In this document: in pieces, positions 10,593 through 19,982 of the stretch
Layout: each line of letters starts with the position of its first letter
Numbering within the stretch: position 1 is the first letter of the stretch
Origin: an uncultured bacterium
Lineage (GTDB): Bacteria > Patescibacteriota > Microgenomatia > Levybacterales > UBA12049
Assembly: GCA_963826535.1 (NCBI GenBank)
Contig: CAWGXL010000011.1
Coordinates: 192,809-256,808, forward strand
DNA length: 64,000 bases
Reading direction: 5' to 3'
Position numbers and translations under genes: made by a program
Notes under the pieces: model-generated
Told to the model about the DNA's origin: nothing
The model's input: the letters and a program-made list of their open reading frames with translations, nothing else
The model's database searches: none

Positions 10593-11246
10593 CTAAATAT
10601 TATTTAACACTGAGAAGGCTTTTTCAATATATTTTGTTTCCATTACAATTGTTAATTCGGTAAAGGTTGATATTATTTCGACAAAACTTATTTTTTCCCA
10701 TATTAATACCTTAAGAATTGAATAATATATTCCAACCATTTTTGTAGCGTCCGGGTGTATGCCAATCGTCAGGGAGGAAAGATTATTAAGGCTTGCTGAA
10801 ATAACTTCTTTTTTAAATATTTTTTTAATATCATTTTCGCAATTCACGCTTGCTATTATTGTTATCTGACTAACGCCGTGAGATACGGTTAGAAAAAGAT
10901 CTTTTCTTGCAGCAAATTTTTCAAGGAATTTATTTTGAGCACTTACAATAGTTGGAGAGTTGAGAAATGTGTAATCAACAAGATTTGAACGAAGAGTAAT
11001 ATCGCTCAAGTATTTGGAGAGGATTATATTACTGGGCAATTGTTTTTTTAACCTGAGAGTTGCTCTTTTCAATGCCATAATTATTGCGCCAGTCTTGATA
11101 TCTTTGAAGAGCTTTTTTTCAGCTTCAGGTTTAAGTAACCGCGCAAGAGAAGAATAATTAACAATATTACTGGTCAGCGCTGTTTCCAGTGAAGGCGTTT
11201 GTTTTATCAATTCATCCACTACTTGTGCTGTAGAAATCATGTTCAA
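10593..11246 (-). CDS. Hypothetical protein, possibly an ACT-like regulatory domain protein
   Basis: ORF only. Divergent from dapB. No confident motif. Confidence 0.25.
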   Translation of the reverse strand: MNMISTAQVVDELIKQTPSLETALTSNIVNYSSLARLLKPEAEKKLFKDIKTGAIIMALKRATLRLKKQLPSNIILSKYLSDITLRSNLVDYTFLNSPTIVSAQNKFLEKFAARKDLFLTVSHGVSQITIIASVNCENDIKKIFKKEVISASLNNLSSLTIGIHPDATKMVGIYYSILKVLIWEKISFVEIISTFTELTIVMETKYIEKAFSVLNNI

Positions 11247-11306
11247 TATTTAACATATTTTAATATATTTGTCAAAAAGTGTATTTTATTTGACTTTATA
11301 TTATTT

Positions 11307-12203
11307 ATGATTTATCCTGCTAAGATGTTTAGTGAACAAGCAAGATTATCATATCAACACTTAGGAGTAGAATCAGAGTTGAGACAAGACGTACCCCATG
11401 TTTTAGTCGTTGGACTTCCAGGTATAATGGCGACATTAGTTGCAGAGGCGCTGGTTCAGAATAAAAGTAAATATGAGTTATTGCCTTTTGCTATTACCTC
11501 CAATAGGCATAAAAGAGAATCTTTTCAAATTGGAGGTAAAAATATTAAATTATATGAATATTGCCCCAGAGGTGTTGGAGATATACCAGGCGTTATTGCG
11601 GTAGACTTCTCTTCCGGACGGGATGCAAATACTAATGCCCTCTTATATGTTATGAATGGAATTCCATTTGTAATGGGGACTACAGGAGGTGATAGTGACA
11701 CGATTGAGGAAAATGTAAGGAGAGGTTCGGTAAATGCGGTTATTGCTCCAAATATGGCTCCAGAAGTTGTACAGATTCAAATTGAGTTAGAAGATTTATT
11801 ACGAACTAATCCACATAAATACGCCGGGTGGAATGCCACTATTCTCGAGAGCCATCAGGCATCAAAGCAAGATGTAAGCGGGACAGCTATTGCGCTGCGT
11901 AAGCAACTGGAAGCACTCGGGGCGACTATAGGAAAGATCGATAGGATCCGTGATCCCAGAATTCAAAAAGAATTGGGCATACAAAACTTAGATGGACATG
12001 CATATCATTGGATTAACTTAGACGGTCCAAATGGAGAAACCCAAAAATACAATTCCGGAATTGAGGGACGCCAACCATATATTGATGGGACTTTAATGGC
12101 ACTTGATTTTCTTAATCTAGAAAATAAAAAAAAGAAAGCGGGATCGCCAGGTGAAGTTTTTTCAATGATTAAAGTTATTAGAGCAAGGAGGCAACATGAA
12201 TAA
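11307..12203 (+). CDS. dapB: 4-hydroxy-tetrahydrodipicolinate reductase
   Basis: NAD-binding N-terminus VLVVGLPGIMATLV. GTTG motif (MGTTGG). DapB signature E-x-HH-x2-K-x-D-x-SGTA present as ESHQASKQDVSGTA. Start moved from 11199 to an internal ATG (11307 or 11325) to avoid overlap with the divergent gene. Confidence 0.75.
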   Translation: MIYPAKMFSEQARLSYQHLGVESELRQDVPHVLVVGLPGIMATLVAEALVQNKSKYELLPFAITSNRHKRESFQIGGKNIKLYEYCPRGVGDIPGVIAVDFSSGRDANTNALLYVMNGIPFVMGTTGGDSDTIEENVRRGSVNAVIAPNMAPEVVQIQIELEDLLRTNPHKYAGWNATILESHQASKQDVSGTAIALRKQLEALGATIGKIDRIRDPRIQKELGIQNLDGHAYHWINLDGPNGETQKYNSGIEGRQPYIDGTLMALDFLNLENKKKKAGSPGEVFSMIKVIRARRQHE

Positions 12204-13122
12204 AGAAGGAGCGAATTTTGGAAGATTAATTACAGCGATGGTCACGCCGTTTGACGATCAAGGTAAGCTCAGCGTGGAGAGAACCAAAGAACTGGCAACG
12301 CATTTAGCCGATAAAAAAAGTGATCTTGTACTTGGCGGCACTACGGGACAATCGGCAGGCTTAACAGATAATGAAAGATGGACTTTGCTAGACACAGTAT
12401 TGGACGCGGTTGGTGACAGGGTAAAAGTTATTGCCGGAACAGGTACAAGTGATACAGCTGAAAGCGTGAAACGATCACGTTTAGCAGCGAAGCAAGGAGC
12501 ACACGGTTTATTATTGGTGACTCCGGCTTATGTTAAACCTTCGCAGGAAGGACTTATACGTCATTTTGGGGCAATTGCGGAAGAGGTAGATATACCTCAA
12601 ATATTATATAATGTACCAACAAGAACAGCTGTAAAAATGCTGCCAGAAACTGTTCTCCGACTTGATCAAGATCACGCAAAAATTGTTGGTTTAAAAGAGG
12701 CAATTGGGACAAGTAATGAAGAAGGGCAAAAACAAGTAGCGATGATTATTGAGGGGAAATCTGAAGGATTTGAAGTGTGGAGCGGTAATGATCAAGACAC
12801 TTTGTGGATTTTACGACACGGAGGACATGGGGTAGTGTCAGTTGCTAGTCATATTACAGGAGATTTAATCAGCAGAATGATACAACACCATATAGTTAAA
12901 GAGAATGATCAAGCTCAAGAATTACATGAATATCTCATGCCTCTTTTCGAAGCCTTATTTCCTCCAAAATCTCCTGAGCCATCACCTTCTGCAGTAAAAG
13001 CTATGTTAAATTTAACCGGAATGAAAGTTGGAGGACTTCGGCCCCCACTATTAGAAACGCCAGATACTTATAAAGATAAATTGCAGGTCCTTTTAGCTCA
13101 ATATAATTTAGTCCCCAAGTGA
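12196..13122 (+). CDS. dapA: 4-hydroxy-tetrahydrodipicolinate synthase
   Basis: TAMVTPFDDQGKLSVERTKEL ... LGGTTGQSAGLTDNE is the DapA/DHDPS family pattern. The 8-nt overlap with dapB indicates an operon. Confidence 0.85.
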   Translation: MNKEGANFGRLITAMVTPFDDQGKLSVERTKELATHLADKKSDLVLGGTTGQSAGLTDNERWTLLDTVLDAVGDRVKVIAGTGTSDTAESVKRSRLAAKQGAHGLLLVTPAYVKPSQEGLIRHFGAIAEEVDIPQILYNVPTRTAVKMLPETVLRLDQDHAKIVGLKEAIGTSNEEGQKQVAMIIEGKSEGFEVWSGNDQDTLWILRHGGHGVVSVASHITGDLISRMIQHHIVKENDQAQELHEYLMPLFEALFPPKSPEPSPSAVKAMLNLTGMKVGGLRPPLLETPDTYKDKLQVLLAQYNLVPK

Positions 13123-13188
13123 GCTTTTGGTATGAGTTATTCCATTTAATAAAATGACTACATATTTGGTATCTTTTTGACTAGCATT

Positions 13189-13602
13189 TCAAATTTCATT
13201 AAAAAACTTTAGGAATTGATCCGGAGTTACAATTTTTATTTCTTTATAAACTCCTGAGTCTAATAACTCTTTATCACCGGTAATAATATAATCACACCTT
13301 CCTTCCACTGCAGCTTCTAAGACACGGTTATCATCCATATCTTTTTGAATATTAATAGTATCTTTGGGATGAACAACCTTAAAGGATTCTTTTATTTCCT
13401 CTTCCACAAGCCCAATTTCACCTGCAGATAAAGAAAATTTCTTGATTAATACCTCAGTTAGCTCAGAAAAAAGTATAGGCGATATTATTCCTTGAAAATT
13501 CTCTTCATAGGCTAACTCCAAAATTTGTCTGGGTTTTCCTCTATAAATGATTGCAGATACAATAACGTTGGTATCAAGAACTGCTTGAAGTTTTTTTGCC
13601 AT
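13189..13602 (-). CDS. PIN-domain toxin (VapC-like)
   Basis: N-terminal VLDTNVIVSAI with the acidic residues of the PIN fold. Overlaps the upstream antitoxin gene. Confidence 0.65.
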   Translation of the reverse strand: MAKKLQAVLDTNVIVSAIIYRGKPRQILELAYEENFQGIISPILFSELTEVLIKKFSLSAGEIGLVEEEIKESFKVVHPKDTINIQKDMDDNRVLEAAVEGRCDYIITGDKELLDSGVYKEIKIVTPDQFLKFFNEI

Positions 13603-13840
13603 GTCTAAAGCCGTAGACTATTTTATCTATTTCTTCCTCGCTTTTAATCCCCATTCTTTTAGCTGCTTTTTCCCCTGCCTCAAAAATCCTGTTCCACTTA
13701 GCTTTCCTTTCTATATATGCGTGCAAGGCTTGTCTGATTAACTCACTACGATTTTTATATTCTTTTTTGGCAACTTCGTCAACTTTTTTGACTAAATCTT
13801 TTGGCAAAGCAATATTTAAAGTCTGTGTTTGCATATACAA
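13574..13840 (-). CDS. Ribbon-helix-helix (CopG/RHH) antitoxin
   Basis: 88 aa. ELIRQALHAYIERK is RHH-like. Overlaps the PIN gene by 29 nt. Confidence 0.55.
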   Translation of the reverse strand: MYMQTQTLNIALPKDLVKKVDEVAKKEYKNRSELIRQALHAYIERKAKWNRIFEAGEKAAKRMGIKSEEEIDKIVYGFRHGKKTSSSS

Positions 13841-13870
13841 TTATTGTATCAAACTTGTATATAATGTCAA

Positions 13871-16021
13871 TTACGAAAATTCTTTAAATAATTTTGTTTG
13901 TATCCATCCGATCTCTACATAGGAGTACTCTTCTCCCAGTTTTTCTTTCACGGGTGACAGACGTTCAATGCCGAGTTGGCGGAAGGCCTTAATGATAATT
14001 TTCTGTTTAGTCTGTGGCACGAATGCATCTATATTTATTGGTTTTCCTTGAAGATATGCTTGTTGCAGATGTCTGTGAATTGTTTCTTCTGTGAATCCGC
14101 GAAGGCCTGCAATTTGTGCGACTGTTTTTCCTTTTTGAAACAAGGCGTGCGTCACAGCAATAGTTTCAGGGTTGGTGGATATTCTTTTGATTTTCTTTTT
14201 TCGATTAGTTTGTAACGGTGTAATATTTAGCGGCTTACAGTAGGTTATAATTTCATTCAGAAAAATTTGTCCATACTTTTTTAGCTTTTCTTCTCCAACA
14301 CCGTACATATTAGAAAATTGCTCCAGGGTTTGCGGAAAAAAGGCCGACATATCTTTCAAGCTTGTATCTGCAAAAATAATATATGGCGGTACTTTTTGAT
14401 CATCAGCTATTTTCTTGCGTAATACACGCAGGCGATTAAAGAGTTGCTTATCGATTTGGGTGTCTGACTCCTCTACTTTTTCGCTTTTACGAATTATCTG
14501 CTCTTGGGGCTTAGTTAACTGCACCTTTTCGCGACCTTTGAGCACTGCGGTGCTTTTTGGGGTTAAAAAGAGAATGCCGTATTGGTCCTGGCTTTGTTTT
14601 AAAAATCCCTGTTGTATGAGCTCATAGATAAATGTTTTTACATCGCCCTTGTTAAACTCTTCAATAATGCCATAGGTTGAGAGTAAATGGTGATTGTAGC
14701 GCAAAACATTTTTGTCTTTAGAGCCGGTGAGAATGCGGACTATATGAGTGACTCCAAAACGCTGTTGCGTTCGGTAGATACAAGAGAGGATTTTTTGGGC
14801 GGTGATTGTGGCGTCGAAAGTTTCCTTCGGGGAAAGACAATTGTCACAGGCGTCACACTTTTGCACTGCCGAGGTTTCAGCAAAGTATTGTAGAAGTTGA
14901 ACTCTGCGGCATATTTTACTTTGAGCAAAGTCGATCATGCGCTGCAGTTGTGCTTTGGCAATACGCTGCTCATCTTCTGATTGCTTATCGGTGATAAAGC
15001 GTTCATAGAAAAATTTGTCTCCATAACTATAGAGCATGAGGCAAACGCTGGGAAGTCCGTCCCGTCCGGCGCGGCCGGTTTCTTGATAGTAATTTTCAAG
15101 ACTACGCGGGAGATCATAATGAATAATATAACGCACGTTGGGTTTATCAATGCCCATGCCAAAGGCAATTGTGGCGACAATTAAATCGACATCTTCACGG
15201 ATAAAGCGATCCTGGTTAAGTTTGCGGATATTGTCAGGTAGGCCGGCGTGATAAGGCAGAGCTTTTATGCCTTGGTCCTGCAGACGCCGGGCGATATTTT
15301 CAACTGTTTTTCTCGATTGGCTGTAAATAATCCCCGACTCACTTTTATGCTCAGAAATGTAATCATATGTTTGAGTAAACGCGTCAAGTTTCCGGGTAAT
15401 CCGATACATTAAATTCGGGCGGTTAAAACTTGCAGTATATGTTCGTACATTATATAAACCGAGCCGCTCAATGATATCGTTTTTCACCCGTGGCGTGGCG
15501 GTGGCGGTAAGAGCAACAAGTGGTTTGTCGGGAAATTGTTTCTTGATCAGGTCAAGCTGGCGATATTCAGGCCGGAAATCATGTCCCCATTGCGAGATGC
15601 AATGCGCCTCGTCGATGGCAAAAAAGTTAATTGGTAGTTGTTTGAGGATATCTAAAAAGTGATCCTGTACCAGTCTTTCCGGCGCAACATAGAGAAGCGT
15701 GAGCTTATTGGTTTGCAATTGTTGCAAAACATTATGCTGTTCACTTAGCAATAAAGAGCTATTTAAATATGCGGCCTGGATGCCGTTTTGGACAAGATTG
15801 TCGACCTGATCTTTCATGAGTGATATAAGCGGAGAGATGACGATTGTAACGCCTTTTTGCATAATGCTCGGCAGTTGATAGCACAATGATTTTCCCCCGC
15901 CTGTGGGCATAAGGACAAAGACGTCTTTATTCGCCAGGATATCCTGAATAATTTCTTTTTGCAAAGGTCGGAATGACGAATAGCCAAAATATTGTTGTAA
16001 CGCAGTTTCAAGTTCACTCAT
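13871..16021 (-). CDS. recQ: ATP-dependent DNA helicase RecQ. Start at ATG 16021, alternative ATG at 16066; the track start 16081 is a TTG.
   Basis: FGYSSFRPLQKEII, Walker A PTGGGKSL, DEAH (AIDEAHCISQWGHDFR). C-terminal RQC and HRDC-like regions. 716-731 aa. Confidence 0.9.
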   Translation of the reverse strand: MSELETALQQYFGYSSFRPLQKEIIQDILANKDVFVLMPTGGGKSLCYQLPSIMQKGVTIVISPLISLMKDQVDNLVQNGIQAAYLNSSLLLSEQHNVLQQLQTNKLTLLYVAPERLVQDHFLDILKQLPINFFAIDEAHCISQWGHDFRPEYRQLDLIKKQFPDKPLVALTATATPRVKNDIIERLGLYNVRTYTASFNRPNLMYRITRKLDAFTQTYDYISEHKSESGIIYSQSRKTVENIARRLQDQGIKALPYHAGLPDNIRKLNQDRFIREDVDLIVATIAFGMGIDKPNVRYIIHYDLPRSLENYYQETGRAGRDGLPSVCLMLYSYGDKFFYERFITDKQSEDEQRIAKAQLQRMIDFAQSKICRRVQLLQYFAETSAVQKCDACDNCLSPKETFDATITAQKILSCIYRTQQRFGVTHIVRILTGSKDKNVLRYNHHLLSTYGIIEEFNKGDVKTFIYELIQQGFLKQSQDQYGILFLTPKSTAVLKGREKVQLTKPQEQIIRKSEKVEESDTQIDKQLFNRLRVLRKKIADDQKVPPYIIFADTSLKDMSAFFPQTLEQFSNMYGVGEEKLKKYGQIFLNEIITYCKPLNITPLQTNRKKKIKRISTNPETIAVTHALFQKGKTVAQIAGLRGFTEETIHRHLQQAYLQGKPINIDAFVPQTKQKIIIKAFRQLGIERLSPVKEKLGEEYSYVEIGWIQTKLFKEFS

Positions 16022-16067
16022 ATCTATTTTAATTATAGCAGTTACTAAATCGACTGCACTTGACATT

Positions 16068-16107
16068 GAACGATTGTTCAATTATAGTAGGTCTTGAACG
16101 ATTGTTC
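16068..16107. promoter_or_regulatory. Two LexA operators (Cheo/SOS box GAAC-N4-GTTC) in the recQ-lexA divergent intergenic region
   Basis: TGAACGATTGTTCAAT at 16067-16080 and again at 16095-16108, identical 12-mers GAACGATTGTTC 28 bp apart. They lie immediately upstream of lexA (ATG 16120) and next to or overlapping the recQ start. Confidence 0.65.
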
Positions 16108-16119
16108 AATAAGGATACT

Positions 16120-16695
16120 ATGGATATTGAGGCAGCAAAGAGCAAGTTCCGGAAGTTTTACAGCAGGCAGAAACGGCTTCCAACTTATGAGGAGATCTGC
16201 CGGCTTTTTCATTTTAAGTCGAAGAACGCGAGCTTTTATTTGGTTAATAAACTCGTCAAGGCAGGGGTACTGGGGAAAGATGAAAAAGGTAAACTCTTTC
16301 CCCGCGGGCTTTTTCAGATCCCACAGCTGGGAATTATTCACGCAGGGTATCCGGCAGCAGCTGATGAAATGCATGATAATAGTCTTGATCTGTATCAATA
16401 TATTCTTGATCTTCCGGGACAGATCTTTTCCCTTATTGTGAAAGGCGATTCGATGATCGATGAGGGAATAGTAGACGGAGATATTGTGATCGTTGAGAAA
16501 GGACGCGAGCCAAGAAATGATGATGTCGTAGCGGCCTGCATTAACAATGAATGGACGGTCAAGTATTTTAAAAAACGGGACAATGAAGTACTACTAGTGC
16601 CGGCAAATTCACTTTATCCGGTTATTCATGCCAGCCAAAAGGATGAGCTATTAATCGGCGGGGTGGTTATTAGTGTTATCAGAAAATATCATTAG
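16120..16695 (+). CDS. lexA: LexA repressor (S24 peptidase)
   Basis: N-terminal wHTH. Ala-Gly cleavage region (IIHAGYPAAA). S24 motifs GDSMIDEGIVDGDIVIVEKG and catalytic Ser/Lys region. Start at internal ATG 16120. Confidence 0.85.
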   Translation: MDIEAAKSKFRKFYSRQKRLPTYEEICRLFHFKSKNASFYLVNKLVKAGVLGKDEKGKLFPRGLFQIPQLGIIHAGYPAAADEMHDNSLDLYQYILDLPGQIFSLIVKGDSMIDEGIVDGDIVIVEKGREPRNDDVVAACINNEWTVKYFKKRDNEVLLVPANSLYPVIHASQKDELLIGGVVISVIRKYH

Positions 16696-16727
16696 CTATT
16701 AAGAGTCTGTTTGAAAAACCTAAATCA

Positions 16728-16829
16728 CTTGTCATTGCGAGGAGGAGATCCTTCGCTATGCTCAGGACAGGCTGCGCAATCTCTATAATAAAGATTGCCA
16801 CGCTCCTTATCAGTCGCTCGCAATGACAA
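16728..16829. repeat. GC-rich long imperfect hairpin: 13-bp perfect inverted repeats TTGTCATTGCGAG / CTCGCAATGACAA extended by GGAGGAG/CTCCTT, with a loop of about 60 nt
   Basis: Seen directly, 33-134 nt downstream of the lexA stop. Local GC is well above the surrounding sequence. Confidence 0.4.
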
Positions 16830-16835
16830 AAAGAA

Positions 16836-17093
16836 ATGAATGAGATTATTAATGAGAAGGTCAGTGTCATTAGTAAATATGACAAAACGAGGGGTACTTT
16901 CTTGCCGGTCAAATTACAATGGCAGGGTAAGGTGAGGCTTATTACTCAAATTGGCTTCCATCATACAAAGCGGCAGGGAAGAAAACTTATTCATATTTTC
17001 AGTGTAACAGATACATCTTTGTGTTATTACCTCAGTCTTGATACTGAAACTTTGCACTGGATACTTTTGGAAGTGTCGGATGGAAACGGGTAA
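16836..17093 (+). CDS. Hypothetical small protein
   Basis: ORF only. Confidence 0.2.
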   Translation: MNEIINEKVSVISKYDKTRGTFLPVKLQWQGKVRLITQIGFHHTKRQGRKLIHIFSVTDTSLCYYLSLDTETLHWILLEVSDGNG

Positions 17094-17096
17094 GTA

Positions 17097-17223
17097 AATT
17101 CAAAATCCAAAGCACCAAATTCCAAATAAATTCTAATATCAAAATTCCAAATTAGAAACGTTTTGGATTTTGTTATTTGTATTTTGATATTATTTAGGAT
17201 TTGTAATTTTGGATTTGTAATTT
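17097..17223. repeat. AT-rich extended palindromic intergenic element, copy 1, abutting the dinB start codon
   Basis: A-rich left arm (AAAATCCAAA...), central AAACGTTT, T-rich right arm with tandem GGATTTGTAATTT x2. About 80% identical to 32361-32490. Confidence 0.45.
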
Positions 17224-18459
17224 ATGCAGTTAGCAATAAATAAAAATCCTCCGCTCATAATGCACATGGACCTCAACTCTGCCTTTGCTACTATTGAGCA
17301 GCAGGCTAATCCCCTGCTTCGCGGTAAGCCGATGGTGGTTGCCGCATATAATAGTCCTCGAGGATGCGTACTGGCGGCATCGATTGAAGCGAAACGATTT
17401 GGGATTAAAACCGGCATGAGAGTACAAGACGCAAAGCTATTATATAATAATTTGGTTGTCCGTACCCCGGATCCCACAAAATACCGGGCGGTTCATCTTA
17501 TGTTCATGCGGATTCTTCAGGATTACTCCCCTCACGTTACTCCGAAGTCGATTGATGAAGCAGTGATTGATTTTACCGATACATATGACTTAAATAAATG
17601 CGACCTTATTGATATTGGCCGCGAGATTAAACAACGATTCAGAAGAGAGATTGGCGAGTGGATTTTTTGTTCGATTGGCATTGGACCTAATAGGTTTTTG
17701 GCAAAACTGGCGGCATCCATGCACAAACCTGATGGCCTGGCAGTTATAGATCACACAAATCTAATTGGTACGTATAGTAGGGCAAAACTTATTGATTTGC
17801 ATGGCATTAATACGCGGTATCAGGCGCGACTGAATGCTTATGGCATTTTTACGCCGGTTGATTTTTTCCATGCTTCACTTGAGAAGTTGCAGAAACAGAT
17901 TTTTAGAAGCATCTTGGGGTACTACTGGTACACGCGACTTCGGGGATGGGAAATTGACGCAGTTGATTTTAAAAGGAAAAGTTATGGAAATAGTTATGCT
18001 TTGAAGAAACAAACAAATGATTCAAAGGTACTAGCTAAACTCTTGATGAAATTGTGTGAGAAAACGGGCAGGCGGCTGCGGAGAAATGGCTATTGCGGCC
18101 AAGGAGTCCATGTAGGATGCTTATATACAGATCACACATATTGGCATATGGGGAGAAAATTTGATCTTCCTGTGTATACAACGCAAGAAATTTATTTTCG
18201 AGCGCTTACGCTTATGAGTCTATCAGGATATAAAAAGAAAGTGGCGGAACTGGCAGTGAGGGTGTATGATCTTATACCAAATTCGGATGAACAGCTTAAA
18301 ATTTTCTCTTCGCCTACTCATGCGGTATCAAAAGCAATGGACGAGATTAATGATACTTATGGAGAGTTTGCGGTTACGTCGGGGCTCCTAATGGGGATGG
18401 GGAATACAATTATTGACAGGATCTCTTTTGGCGGAGTGCGAGAGCTTGAAGATATTTGA
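17224..18459 (+). CDS. dinB: DNA polymerase IV (Y-family translesion polymerase)
   Basis: MHMDLNSAFATIEQQANPLLRGKPMVVA is the IMS/UmuC-DinB N-terminal signature. Length and thumb/little-finger regions fit. Confidence 0.85.
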   Translation: MQLAINKNPPLIMHMDLNSAFATIEQQANPLLRGKPMVVAAYNSPRGCVLAASIEAKRFGIKTGMRVQDAKLLYNNLVVRTPDPTKYRAVHLMFMRILQDYSPHVTPKSIDEAVIDFTDTYDLNKCDLIDIGREIKQRFRREIGEWIFCSIGIGPNRFLAKLAASMHKPDGLAVIDHTNLIGTYSRAKLIDLHGINTRYQARLNAYGIFTPVDFFHASLEKLQKQIFRSILGYYWYTRLRGWEIDAVDFKRKSYGNSYALKKQTNDSKVLAKLLMKLCEKTGRRLRRNGYCGQGVHVGCLYTDHTYWHMGRKFDLPVYTTQEIYFRALTLMSLSGYKKKVAELAVRVYDLIPNSDEQLKIFSSPTHAVSKAMDEINDTYGEFAVTSGLLMGMGNTIIDRISFGGVRELEDI

Positions 18460-18468
18460 TGAATTATT

Positions 18469-19947
18469 TTATATAGCAATAGAGGGATTTAGAATTTCTA
18501 CCGAATAATTGTAATCCGGCGGGCAGTGGATTTGAATATAGGAATTTATTGCCCGGGTATCGTAGTCAAATATTATTACTTTTGCACGATAGAGATGCTG
18601 ACAATTGAATTGGGACGTTCTTAGAATATAAAAGGGGACTTTTTCTAAATTGTATGCCTGGCGCATATGATTTAGATCTTTATAGACAAAGTAATTTCTT
18701 TCGGAAAGCAGGAGGATGTTGTTTTGCTTGATATTATTTATTTGCGCATCTTGTAGAGATTTTATTAGCAATGCGGTACCGGTATAACCGGAAATGTTAA
18801 AAACCCCGATTTGGCTTAGATGGAAGTTCAGTAAAAGAACTAAGAACAGTATAGGAATTATAAAATAGTTGGGTATTTTTTTTAGAGCATAGAACAATGC
18901 AATGCCAGCAAACGCCGCTCCAAATGGCAAGAAAAAAATTCCTCTCGTAGTGGGGGCATAGGCATAGGGGGAGGTAAAACCAATAATAACGCACGCGCTA
19001 ATGTAGGCTAACAAGAGAAAAAGATATTTACTCTTTCGCAAATGGAAAATTACAATAAAGGTTCCCAGTAGGGCGAATATTATTGTTACAACATCAAGAT
19101 AGGGGCCTGCAACAAATTGATTAAAGAGATAATCATAATTCTTGTAAAATAGCAGGAAGTTATGAAAAATATTCTTTAGGATTTGTGTATTGTCTGTAAA
19201 TTCCATATGTATAATTGTTTTTCCGGCAGGGCCGCCCAATGAAGATAATTGCAAAAGTGCCGGTAAGAGTAAAGATACATATCCGAGAATAAAAAAAGGG
19301 CTAAGGCGCAAGGCTTGCTTTATTGTTTTTCCAGCTAACAGGGGCAACAGGAACGGCCATATTATTAAGGGGAAAATCGGTCCGATATAGATATAGAATG
19401 AAAAGCCCAGCAATATACCAAGAATAAAAAAGTTTTTCTTTGAGGGGTGTTTGGCGCAGACAACCGAGTAATATGAACAAATGATAAGTAATGCAAGGGC
19501 TTGCGGCATATTCTTGCCGACTTTGAAGAAATTAGCAAGATAAAAAGAACATTGAAGAAGTATTGTGCTAAAAAGAGCAATTTCCGGATTAAATGATTTC
19601 TTCATCCATTTATAAAAGAAAATCGTTATTGGGATTATGAGGACGATATTGGATAGCCGCCAGGCAAAATTTGAAAATCCGAATAGTTGCAAAAACAATG
19701 CCTGATAGATGCTGGAAAGAGTGGTGTTTTGCGAGTAAACACCATTAAAATCAAAAGGGTTTACGAGAAAATTTTTCATAACGATTTCTTTGGCAAAAAT
19801 ATAAAATGGCCATTCATCACCAACAAAGGAAAATTTCCAGGAATTAATATTCCAACTGTAGTAAATAAGGGCAAGACATGTTGTGAGAAATAGGATTTTT
19901 GTATGAGTATGGGTGGAGAAAAATTTTTTTAGGGAAATCTTGTCCAT
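18469..19947 (-). CDS. GT-C fold membrane glycosyltransferase (ArnT/PMT-like, GT39/GT83-type)
   Basis: Polytopic. First-loop acidic motif VGDEWPFY. Paralogous to the four following genes. Confidence 0.5.
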   Translation of the reverse strand: MDKISLKKFFSTHTHTKILFLTTCLALIYYSWNINSWKFSFVGDEWPFYIFAKEIVMKNFLVNPFDFNGVYSQNTTLSSIYQALFLQLFGFSNFAWRLSNIVLIIPITIFFYKWMKKSFNPEIALFSTILLQCSFYLANFFKVGKNMPQALALLIICSYYSVVCAKHPSKKNFFILGILLGFSFYIYIGPIFPLIIWPFLLPLLAGKTIKQALRLSPFFILGYVSLLLPALLQLSSLGGPAGKTIIHMEFTDNTQILKNIFHNFLLFYKNYDYLFNQFVAGPYLDVVTIIFALLGTFIVIFHLRKSKYLFLLLAYISACVIIGFTSPYAYAPTTRGIFFLPFGAAFAGIALFYALKKIPNYFIIPILFLVLLLNFHLSQIGVFNISGYTGTALLIKSLQDAQINNIKQNNILLLSERNYFVYKDLNHMRQAYNLEKVPFYILRTSQFNCQHLYRAKVIIFDYDTRAINSYIQIHCPPDYNYSVEILNPSIAI

Positions 19948-19982
19948 GCTAATAAGTATAATTGATTTATTAATAAAATTAT

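Noticed and set aside
11199-11306. Long N-terminal extension of dapB in the ORF track overlapping the divergent gene 10593-11246
   Set aside because: The extension has no similarity to DapB and overlaps an opposite-strand gene. An internal ATG (11307/11325) gives a canonical DapB N-terminus.
11247-11306. Possible lysine riboswitch (L-box) upstream of dapB-dapA
   Set aside because: The intergenic space is only about 60 bp, far too short for an L-box of about 180 nt. No conserved L-box helices were seen.
16060-16119. Upstream extension of lexA (track start 16060) and of recQ (track start 16081)
   Set aside because: These extensions would place the LexA operators inside coding sequence, and the recQ start at 16081 is a TTG. 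Internal ATG starts (16120; 16021 or 16066) give canonical N-termini.
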